This document shows, one piece after another, positions 30,001 to 40,275 of a DNA stretch of 46,820 nucleotides. Under the pieces are notes generated by a model. It was not told where the DNA came from. It saw nothing but the letters and a program-made list of their open reading frames with translations, and searched no databases. The DNA lies in assembly GCA_032718475.1 (NCBI GenBank), contig JAUCBJ010006482.1, positions 1-46,820 of the forward strand, given 5' to 3'. Both the position numbers and the translations under genes were made by a program. The first letter of the stretch is position 1; each line of letters begins with the position of its first letter. Source of the DNA: Nemertoderma westbladi (Eukaryota; Animalia; Xenacoelomorpha).

Positions 30001-33000
30001 CCTACGTCCCCGTAGTTTCTCACATTATGCTAACTTATCAGCCTACGGCCCCGTAGTTTCTCACATTATGCTAACTTATCAGCCTACGTCCCCGTAGTTA
30101 CTCACATTATGCTAGCTAACTTATCAGCCTACGTCCCCGTAGTTGCTCACATTATGCTAGCTAACATATCTGCCTACGACCCCGTAGTTGCTCACATTAT
30201 GCTAGCTAACTTATCAGCCTACGGCCCCGTAGTTGCTCACATTATGCTAACTTATCAGCCTACGGCCCCGTAGTTGCTCACATTATGCTAGCTAACATAT
30301 CAGCCTACGTCCCCGTAGTTGCTCACATTATGCTAACTTATCAGCCTACGTTCCCGTAGTTGCTCACATTATGCTAACTTATCAGCCTACGTCCCCGTAG
30401 TTGCTCACATTATGCTAACTTATCAGCCTACGTCCCCGTAGTTGCTCACATTATGCTAACTTATCAGACTACGTACCCGTAGTTGCTCACATTATGCTAA
30501 CTTATCAGCCTACGTCCCCGGAGTTGCTCACATTATGCTAACTTATCAGCCCACGGCCCCGTAGTTGCTCACATTATGCTAGCTAACTTATCAGCCTACG
30601 TCCCCGTTGTTGCTCACATTATGCTAACTTATCAGCCTACGTCCCTGTTGTTGCTCACATTATGCTAACTTATCAGCCTACGTCCCCGTTGTTGCTCACA
30701 TTATGCTAAGTTATCAGCCTACGTCCCCGTAGTTGCTCACATTATGCTAGCTACCTTATCAGCCTACTTCCCCGTAGTTGCTCACATTATGCTAACTTAT
30801 CAACCTACGTCCCCGTTGTTGCTCACATTATGCTAACTTATCAGCCTACGTCCCCGTTGTTGCTCACATTATGCTAACTTATCAGCCTACGTCCCCGTAG
30901 TTGCTCACATTATGCTAGCTAACTTATCAGCCACGTCTCCGTAGTCGCTCACATTATGCTAGCTAACTTATCAGCCTACGTCCCCGTAGTTGCTCACATT
31001 ATGCTAACTTATCAGCCTACCTCCCCGTAGTTGCTCACATTATGCAACTTATCAGCATACGTCCCCTTAGTTGCTCACATTATGCTAGCTAACTTATCAG
31101 CCTACGTCCCCGTTGTTGCTCACATTATGCTAACTTATCAGCCTACGTCCCCGTTGTTGCTCACATTATGCTAACTTATCAGCCTACGTCCCCTGTTGTT
31201 GCTCACATTATGCTAAGTTATCAGCCTACGTCCCCATAGTTGCTCACATTATGCTAGCTACCTTATCAGCCTACGTCCCCGTAGTTGCTCACATTATGCT
31301 AACTTATCAACCTACGTCCCCGTAGTTGCTCACATTATGCTAACTTATCAGCCTACGTCCCCGTTGTTGCTCACATTATGCTAAGTTATCAGCCTACGTC
31401 CCCGTAGTTGCTCACATTATGCTAGCTAACTTATCAGCCTACGTCCCCGTAGTTGCTCACATTATGCTAGCTAACTTATCAGCCTACGTCCCCGTAGTTG
31501 CTCACATTATGCTAGCTAACTTATCAGCCTACGTCCCCGTTGTTGCTCACATTATGCTAACTTATCAGCCTACGTCCCCGTAGTTGCTCACATTATGCTA
31601 ACTTATCAGCCTACGGCCCCGTAGTTGCTCACATTATGCTAACTTATCAGCCTACGTCCCCGTAGTTACTCACATTATGCAAACTTATCAGCCTACGTCC
31701 CCGTAGTTGCTCACATTATGCTAACTTATCAGCCTACGGCCCCGTAGTTGCTCACATTATGCTAACTTATCAGCCTACGTCCCCGTAGTTACTCACATTA
31801 TGCTAACTTATCAGCCTACGGCCCCGTAGTTGCTCACATTATGCTAACTTATCAACCTACGTCCCCGTAGTTGCTCACATTATGCTAACTTATCAGCCTA
31901 CGTCCCCGTAGTTGCTCACATTATACTAACTTATCAGCCTAAGTCCCCGTAGTTGCTCACATTATGCTAACTTATCAGCCTACGACCCCGTAGTTGCTCA
32001 CATTATGCTACTTATCAGCCTACGTCCCCGTAGTTGGTCACTTTATGCTAACTTATCAGCCTACGTTCCCGTAGTTGCTCACATTATGCAAACTTATCAG
32101 CCTACGTCCCCGTAGTTGCTCACATTATGCTAACTTATCAGCCTACGTCCCCAGTTGCTCACATTATGCTAACTTATCAGCCTACGTCCCCGTAGTTGCT
32201 CACATTATGCTACTTATCAGCCACGTCCCCGTAGTTGCTCACATTATGCTAACTTATCAGCCTACGTCCCCGTAGTTGCTCACATTATGCTAACTTATCA
32301 GCCTACGTCCCCGTAGTTGCTCACATTATGCTACATATCAGCCACGTCCCCGTAGTTGCTCACATTATGCTAACTTATCAGCCTACGTCACCGTAGTTGC
32401 TCACATTATGCTAACTTATCAGCCTACCACCCCGTAGTTGCTCACATTATGCTAACTTATCAGCCTACGTCCCCGTAGTTGCTCACATTATGCTAACTTA
32501 TCAGCCTACGTCCCCGTAGTTGCTCACATTATGCTAACTTATCAGCCTACGGCCCCGTAGATGCTCACATTATGCTAACTTATCCGCCTACGTCCCCGTA
32601 GTTGCTCACGTTATGCTAACTTATCAGCCTACGTCACCGTAATTGCTCACATTATGCTAACTTATCAGCCTACGTCCCCATTGTTGCTCACATTATGCTA
32701 ACTTATCAGCCTACGTCCCCGTAGTTGCTCACATTATGCTAACTTATCAGCCTACGTCCCCGTAGTTGCTCACATTATGCTAACTTATCAGCCTACGTCC
32801 CCGTAGTTGCTCACATTATGCTAACTTATCAGCCTACGTCCCCGTAGTTGCTCACATTATGCTAACTTATCAGCCTACGTCCCCGTAGTTGCTCACATTA
32901 TGCTAGCTAACTTATCAGCCTACGTCCCCGTAGTTGCTCACATTATGCTAACTTATCAGCCTACGTCCCCGTAGTTGCTCACATTATGCTAAATAACTTA

Positions 33001-36000
33001 TCAGCCTACGTCCCCGTAGTTGCTCACATTATGCTAAATAACTTATCAGCCTACGTCCCCGTTGTTGCTCACATTATGCTAACTTATCAGCCTACGTCCC
33101 CGTTGTTGCTCACATTATGCTAACTTATCAGCCTACGTCCCCGTAGTTACTCACATTATGTTAACTTATCAGCCTACGTCCCCGTAGTTGCTCACATTAT
33201 GCTAACTTATCAGCCTACGGCCCCGTAGTTGCTCACATTATGCTAACTTATCAGCCTACGTCCCCGTAGTTACTCACATTATGCAAACTTATCAGCCTAC
33301 GGCCCCGTAGTTGCTCACATTATGCTAACTTATCAACCTACGTCCCCGTAGTTGCTCACATTATGCTAACTTATCAGCCTACGTCCCCGTAGTTGCTCAC
33401 ATTATACTAACTTATCAGCCTACGTCCCCGTAGTTGCTCACATTATGCTAACTTATCAGCCTACGGCCCCGTAGTTACTCACATTATGCTAACTTATCAG
33501 CCTACGTCCCCGTAGTTGCTCACATTATGCTAACTTATCAGCCTACGTCCCTGTAGTTGCTCACATTATACTAACTTATCAGCCTACGTCCCCGTAGTTG
33601 CTCACATTATGCTAACTTATCAGCCTACGTCCCCGTAGTTGCTCACATTATGCTAACTTATCAGCCTACGTCCCCGTAGTTGCTCACATTATGCTAGCTA
33701 ACTTATCAGCCTACGTCCCCGTACTTGCTCACATTATGCTAACTTATCAGCCTACGTCCCCGTAGTTGCTCACATTATGCTAACTTATCAGCCTACGACC
33801 CCGTAGTTGCTCACATTATGCTACTTATCAGCCTACGTCCCCGTAGTTGGTCACTTTATGCTAACTTATCAGCCTACGTCCCCGTAGTTGCTCACATTAT
33901 GCAAACTTATCAGCCTACGTCCCCGTAGTTGCTCACATTATGCTAACTTATCAGCCTACGTCCCCAGTTGCTCACATTATGCTAACTTATCAGCCTACGT
34001 CCCCGTAGTTGCTCACATTATGCTACTTATCAGCCACGTCCCCGTAGTTGCTCACATTATGCTAACTTATCAGCCTACGTCCCCGTAGTTACTCACATTA
34101 TGCAAACTTATCAGCCTACGGCCCCGTAGTTGCTCACATTATGCTAACTTATCAACCTACGTCCCCGTAGTTGCTCACATTATGCTAACTTATCAGCCTA
34201 CGTCCCCGTAGTTGCTCACATTATACTAACTTATCAGCCTACGTCCCCGTAGTTGCTCACATTATGCTAACTTATCAGCCTACGACCCCGTAGTTGCTCA
34301 CATTATGCTACTTATCAGCCTACGTCCCCGTAGTTGGTCACTTTATGCTAACTTATCAGCCTACGTCCCCGTAGTTGCTCACATTATGCAAACTTATCAG
34401 CCTACGTCCCCGTAGTTGCTCACATTATGCTAACTTATCAGCCTACGTCCCCAGTTGCTCACATTATGCTAACTTATCAGCCTACGTCCCCGTAGTTGCT
34501 CACATTATGCTACTTATCAGCCACGTCCCCGTAGTTGCTCACATTATGCTAACTTATCAGCCTACGTCCCCGTAGTTGCTCACATTATGCTAACTTATCA
34601 GCCTACGTCCCCGTAGTTGCTCACATTATGCTACTTATCAGCCACGTCCCCGTAGTTGCTCACATTATGCTAACTTATCAGCCTACGTCACCGTAGTTGC
34701 TCACATTATGCTAACTTATCAGCCTACCACCCCGTAGTTGCTCACATTATGCTAACTTATCAGCCTACGTCCCCGTAGTTGCTCACATTATGCTAACTTA
34801 TCAGCCTACGTCCCCGTAGTTGCTCACATTATGCTAACTTATCAGCCTACGGCCCCGTAGATGCTCACATTATGCTAACTTATCCGCCTACGTCCCCGTA
34901 GTTGCTCACCTTATGCTAACTTATCAGCCTACGTCACCGTAATTGCTCACATTATGCTAACTTATCAGCCTACGTCCCCGTTGTTGCTCACATTATGCTA
35001 ACTTATCAGCCTACGTCCCCGTAGTTGCTCACATTATGCTAACTTATCAGCCTACGTCCCCGTAGTTGCTCACATTATGCTAACTTATCAGCCTACGTCC
35101 CCGTAGTTGCTCACATTATGCTAACTTATCAGCCTACGTCCCCGTAGTTGCTCACATTATGCTAGCTAACTTATCAGCCTACGTCCCCGTAGTTGCTCAC
35201 ATTATGCTAACTTATCAGCCTACGTCCCCGTAGTTGCTCACATTATGCTAAATAACTTATCAGCCTACGTCCCCGTAGTTGCTCACATTATGCTAAATAA
35301 CTTATCAGCCTACGTCCCCGTTGTTGCTCACATTATGCTAACTTATCAGCCTACGTCCCCGTTGTTGCTCACATTATGCTAACTTATCAGCCTACGTCCC
35401 CGTAGTTACTCACATTATGCTAACTTATCAGCCTACGTCCCCGTAGTTGCTCACATTATGCTAACTTATCAGCCTACGGCCCCGTAGTTGCTCACATTAT
35501 GCTAACTTATCAGCCTACGTCCCCGTAGTTACTCACATTATGCAAACTTATCAGCCTACGGCCCCGTAGTTGCTCACATTATGCTAACTTATCAACCTAC
35601 GTCCCCGTAGTTGCTCACATTATGCTAACTTATCAGCCTACGTCCCCGTAGTTGCTCACATTATACTAACTTATCAGCCTACGTCCCCGTAGTTGCTCAC
35701 ATTATGCTAACTTATCAGCCTACGGCCCCGTAGTTACTCACATTATGCTAACTTATCAGCCTACGTCCCCGTAGTTGCTCACATTATGTTAACTTATCAG
35801 CCTACGTCCCCGTAGTTGCTCACATTATGCTAACTTATCAGCCTACGTCCCCGTAGTTACTCACATTATGCTAACTTATCAGCCTACGTCCCCGTTGTTG
35901 CTCACATTATGCTAACTTATCAGCCTACGTCCCCGTAGTTGCTCACATTATGTTAACTTATCAGCCTACGTCCCCGTAGTTGCTCACATTATGCTAACTT

Positions 36001-37547
36001 ATCAGCCTACGTCCCCTTAGTTGCTCACATTATGCTAACATATCAGCCTACGGCCCCGTTGTTGCTCACATTATGCTAACTTATCAGCCTACGTCCCCGT
36101 AGTTGCTCACATTATGCTAACTTATCAGCCTACGGCCCCGTAGTTGCTCACATTATGCTAACTGATCAGCCTACGTCCCCTTAGTTGCTCACATTATGCT
36201 AACATATCAGCCTACGTCCCCGAAGTTGCTCACATTATGCTAACTTATCAGCCTACGTCCCCGTAGTTGCTCACATTATGCTAACTTATCAGCCTACGTC
36301 CCCGTTGTTGCTCACATTATGCTAACTTATCAGCCTACGTCCCCGTAGTTGCTCACATTATGCTAACTTATCAGCCTACGTCCCCGTAGTTGCTCACATT
36401 ATGCTAACTTATCAGCCTACGTCCCCGTAGTTGCTCACATTATGCTAACTTATCAGCCTACGTCCCCGTAGTTGCTCACATTATGCTAACTTATCAGCCT
36501 ACGTCCCCGTAGTTGCTCACATTATGCTAACTTATCAGCCTACGTCCCCGTAGTTGCTCACATTATGCTAGCTAACTTATCAGCCTACGTCCCCGTAGTT
36601 GCTCACATTATGCTAACTTATCAGCCTACGTCCCCGTAGTTGCTCACATTATGCTAGCTAACTTATCAGCCTACGTCCCCGTAGTTGCTCACATTATGCT
36701 AACTTATCAGCCTACGTCCCCGTAGTTGCTCACATTATGCTAGCTAACTTATCAGCCTACGTCCCCGTAGTTGCTCACATTATGCTAACTTATCAGCCTA
36801 CGGCTCCGTAGTTGCTCACAGTATGCTAACTTATCAGCCTACGTCCCCGTAGTTGCTCACATTATGCTAACTTATCAGCCTACGTCCCCGTAGTTGCTCA
36901 CATTATGCTAGCTAACTTATCAGCCTACGTCCCCGTAGTTGCTCACATTATGCTAACTTATCAGCCTACGGCTCCGTAGTTGCTCACATTATGCTAACTT
37001 ATCAGCCTACGTCCCCGTAGTTGCTCACATTATGCTAACTTATCAGCCTACGTCCTCGTTGTTGCTCACATTATGCTAGCTAACTTATCAGCCTACGTCC
37101 CCGTAGTTGCTCACATTATGCTAGCTAACTTATCAGCCTACGTCCCCGTAGTTGCTCACATTATGCTAACTTATCAGCCTACGTCCCCGTAGTTGCTCAC
37201 ATTATGCTAGCTAACTTATCAGCCTACGTCCCCGTTGTTGCTCACATTATGCTAACTTATCAGCCTACGGCCCCGTAGTTGCTCACATTATGCTAACTTA
37301 TCAGCCTACGTCCCCGTAGTTGCTCACATTATGCTAACTTATCAGCCTACGTCCCCGTTGTTGCTCACATTATGCTAACTTATCAGCCTACGTCCCCGTT
37401 GTTGCTCACATTATGCTAACTTATCAGCCTACGTCCCCGTAGTTGCTCACATTATGCTAACTTATCAGCCTACGTCCCCGTTGTTGCTCACATTATGCTA
37501 ACTTATCAGCCTACGTCCCCGTTGTTGCTCACATTATGCTAACTTAT
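1..37547. repeat. Satellite DNA array, 41-bp monomer, ~900 tandem copies, open at the left edge of the window
   Basis: Continuous same-orientation repeats of CTAACTTATCAGCCTACGTCCCCGTAGTTGCTCACATTATG. Recurrent variants: 45 bp (CTAG duplication, GCTAGCTAAC), 40 bp (ATGCAAC), 43 bp (TCAGAGCC), 39 bp (CACAATGC), and substitutions such as GGCCCC, CGTTG and GTTAAC. Last match ends ...ATGCTAACTTAT at 37547. Copy number is estimated from length divided by unit size. Confidence 0.99.
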
Positions 37548-37657
37548 ACTTACTGCAGTTCAATTTATTTTGTACCACTAAATCGCTGTACGTTTTATTA
37601 GAATTAAGCAACAAAAAAGTACAAATTTAAGAATAAAGTTATCATTTCAGCAATTAT

Positions 37658-37681
37658 CCCATGTAATACGTATTACATGGG
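37658..37681. repeat. Perfect 24-bp palindrome
   Basis: CCCATGTAATAC|GTATTACATGGG is its own reverse complement. Confidence 0.95.
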
Positions 37682-37691
37682 GAAAAAACGC

Positions 37692-37834
37692 ATCTTAAAG
37701 GACACTGGCCTTGAAGATGCGGATGATCTAGCAAATGTCATGGGTGATAGGCGCAATTTTGTCAACAAGCCGGCACAGCATTCTTAAAAATGCATCTGCA
37801 ATGCAGCATGCCGATCCTAGTAGTAGTAGTAGTA
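37692..37834 (+). mobile_element. 5'-truncated 3' end of an RTE-like non-LTR retrotransposon with (TAG)n tail
   Basis: The frame from 37692 reads ILKDTGLEDADDLANVMGDRRNF, which resembles the recalled C-terminal motif of RTE-clade ORFs (L..DTGL....L...M.DR..W). It is followed by a short UTR and (TAG)5 at 37818-37834. RTE elements typically end in short tandem repeats. Confidence 0.6.
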
Positions 37835-37836
37835 TT

Positions 37837-37863
37837 AACCTCGCTGACGCTCGGTAAATAAAA
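37837..37863 (-). mobile_element. Possible Helentron/HINE-type terminal motif remnant
   Basis: Minus strand reads TTTTATTTACCGAGCGTCAGCGAGGTT: a T-stretch followed by an ACCGAGCG..GCGAGG motif like recalled termini of non-autonomous Helitron2/Helentron elements. Short, and supported by recall only. Confidence 0.35.
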
Positions 37864-38122
37864 TGCCTCGAGAATAGTGAAAAAAAGTTTTACTTTTTTT
37901 CCCTTGTAATGAATAATTATATTTACCACCATGGGTATCAGTAAAATAAAATAGGCACCAAAATAGTATGTATAAAACTTAAATAAATTATATCACCAAT
38001 TAATAGAATTCAAACTTAATTATTATCGGCAGTCAAAAGGTGGTTCATTTATAATATAGAAATAATAATTTAATATATTCAACATTCTAAATATTCTATG
38101 GATTCGATATATTGCAAAATCT

Positions 38123-38128
38123 TTTATT
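38123..38128 (-). promoter_or_regulatory. Candidate polyadenylation signal AATAAA for the K2P-like gene
   Basis: TTTATT on the plus strand, 12 nt past the stop codon. The region is very AT-rich, so this may be chance. Confidence 0.3.
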
Positions 38129-38140
38129 TATATGAGATTG

Positions 38141-40275
38141 TTACGTTTTCTGTGTCTCCCCCGGATATCCCCCATTCTCCATTGGTTTCCCATTGGTGAG
38201 TGCGGATTGGTTGAGTTCGGGTGACGATAGACTCAAATGTATTCCGCTCTCCTGATTGGTCAATCCCCCACTAGAGTGAGTTACCCGAATAATCGGCCGT
38301 ACTATTGGTTTACGACGTTGCGGGATGTTATTCGTCGGTGTTGGTGGGTTGACCTGCGCTATTTGATTCATTCTGCTCGGGACGCTACTGGATAGCGGAT
38401 GAGTGAAACGAACACGTGATATAACAGGTTGTTTGTGTGCGACATCTTGTGGTTTCGTATGTATTGATGCAGCTATTGAATTAGTGTCTTTTCCGCTTAG
38501 TGTCTGCGGCGACATAGAATCGTTTAACCAATGAGATATCCTGGCATTCATACCGTTGTTAGGCCAACCATTCGAAGGATTCTGGCCGTAGTTGCTTGGT
38601 AACGTACGATTAGCGTTTTCCATTTTTGAGTTAATATTCGGTCGTGGTCTAACAGTCCCAAAATTGCCCCTCACCTTTTCGTTTCTTCTTAAAGAGTCAA
38701 ATTTATTGCTTAGAGTTTTCCTAGAGTTGGCCCGGTTGTCCAGGAAACTTTTGAATTTAGGGAACGAGTAGTATTTGGATGATCGCATCGTGTTTCCCGG
38801 GGTACCGGCATGGCCATTCCGTGTGCCCTTCGGAGGGTCATCCTGCAAACTCTCTTTCGGTGGCGGCAAATGGTTTAATCCTTTCGGTTCATCGATATCT
38901 ATAGCGAGCGACTGAATTAATCGGTCTCCGAGATCTTTGATCGAGGCAGTTACAGACTTTTTCCTGATACCCGGCGTCACGCCTAACAAAGTGTTTGTAC
39001 TCTCTCGCTGAATAGGAAAGTGAGACGACACCTTGTGCGGTAGAGTGTGAAATCGTTTGTCTTGGTTCTCCACCTCCACTGACGGTCTGTACGATCTGTC
39101 CAGTGTGGCGACTTCTCGAGAATTTTCCGTGAGACGGCGTTGAATGCTCTTCAGTAAGTTACCGGTATCGTTGCTTGATGAATGTTCTCTAGACCGGCTG
39201 TCTCTGCTATGCGTGTCTCCGGTTGTTAGTTTGAGGAATGAGTCATTAAATGGCAGTGTTTGAGGTAACTTCCGGCGAGCGAGTGGCGACTGTTCAAGAG
39301 GGGGTTGTTTCCTCTTGGGAAAAGTTGCGTTCTCCTGTGTACGGGATGTCCTAGTAGTGGGAGATACGTGATTGTGTTGATCGTCAGTTTCAATATATGC
39401 GGTGTCCTTCTTATGTGGGGTAGTTTGTTGGGGTAGATTATAGTTAGGTTTTATTATTGGAATTTTGAACAGTGGGGGGCCACTATTTTGTTCCTGTGGA
39501 GAGATTGGCGATTGTGCCAATGGGGATGTGGCCTTGCTATGAACTTTAATGGTCGGTTTTGTCTGTTTTTCTCTGGAAATTATTTTTTGTTCTCCAGGTG
39601 TAACATGGTGTCGTCTTCCAGGATATTTTTCGTTCTCGTTGTAATAATTGGTTAATGGATCAGTGAGACTTTGTGTTGGTTTAGGGGGAGATTTCAATAC
39701 TTCTGGTACAAATGAAAACTTTTTCTCATCATGAAAGGGTTCGCGGAATTGGTTACCGTAGCGACGTGTTACGTCACCATCAGCTTCGTCGAGAGTTTCG
39801 TCCAGCATCTTATCATCAACATCATCCGTAACGATATTGTCCATTAACGGTCGCTGAAGCTCCTTATGTCTCTCTTTCCCCACCGCCACTAAAGGCGTAA
39901 TTTCCTGAATACCGCCATGGGCATTCTTCACCGAAAGTAAAGTTCCTCTGGAAAATGTAAGGATTGAGTTTTTCTCGGATCCTAGAATGATACTCTTCTG
40001 TAGTTTCTTAGATTCCCTATCCGTAAGTCTCACTTTATCCACGTTTAGCAGGATGTAAACGAAAAGGCTGAGACATAGACTTAAGTAGAGAATTAGTAGT
40101 AGATAGTAGAACACGAGTCCACCAGCTGGTGCCCCACGCGCAGCCGGCGTCTGGGTAATCACTGTTGTTGTGGTTACCATGACGATGAAGTAGTAAGCGT
40201 CTCCGAATGTCCAGCCCTCTATACCGGCCACTATTCCACTTGGTATAATACACAGAAGTAAAAAGTAAGCAGCAA
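38141..40275 (-). CDS. K2P-like gene coding exon 3 (M3, P2, M4, long C-terminal tail)
   Basis: Acceptor TTTTGTATCTTTGTTGCAG|TT GCT GCT TAC is in phase with exon 2. The frame stays open for 2135 nt to TAA at 38143-38141. Confidence 0.87.

Noticed and set aside
4719-34575. Ten 63-66 aa ORFs inside the satellite
   Set aside because: They arise where 40-bp or other length variants shift the frame around stop codons. The peptides are translated repeat units with no gene context.
1-37547. CRISPR array (short repeats with a hairpin)
   Set aside because: There are no unique spacers and no cas genes, and the context is eukaryotic.
1-37547. Telomeric repeat or rDNA/tRNA tandem array
   Set aside because: No TTAGGG/TTAGG units, and no rRNA or tRNA features in the 41-mer.
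40150-40180. Cryptic intron (ATG|GTAACC...CCCAG) that might hide a canonical P2 filter
   Set aside because: Too short for a normal intron, removing it does not yield GFG/GYG, and I noticed no alternative TxGxG exon in the gene span.
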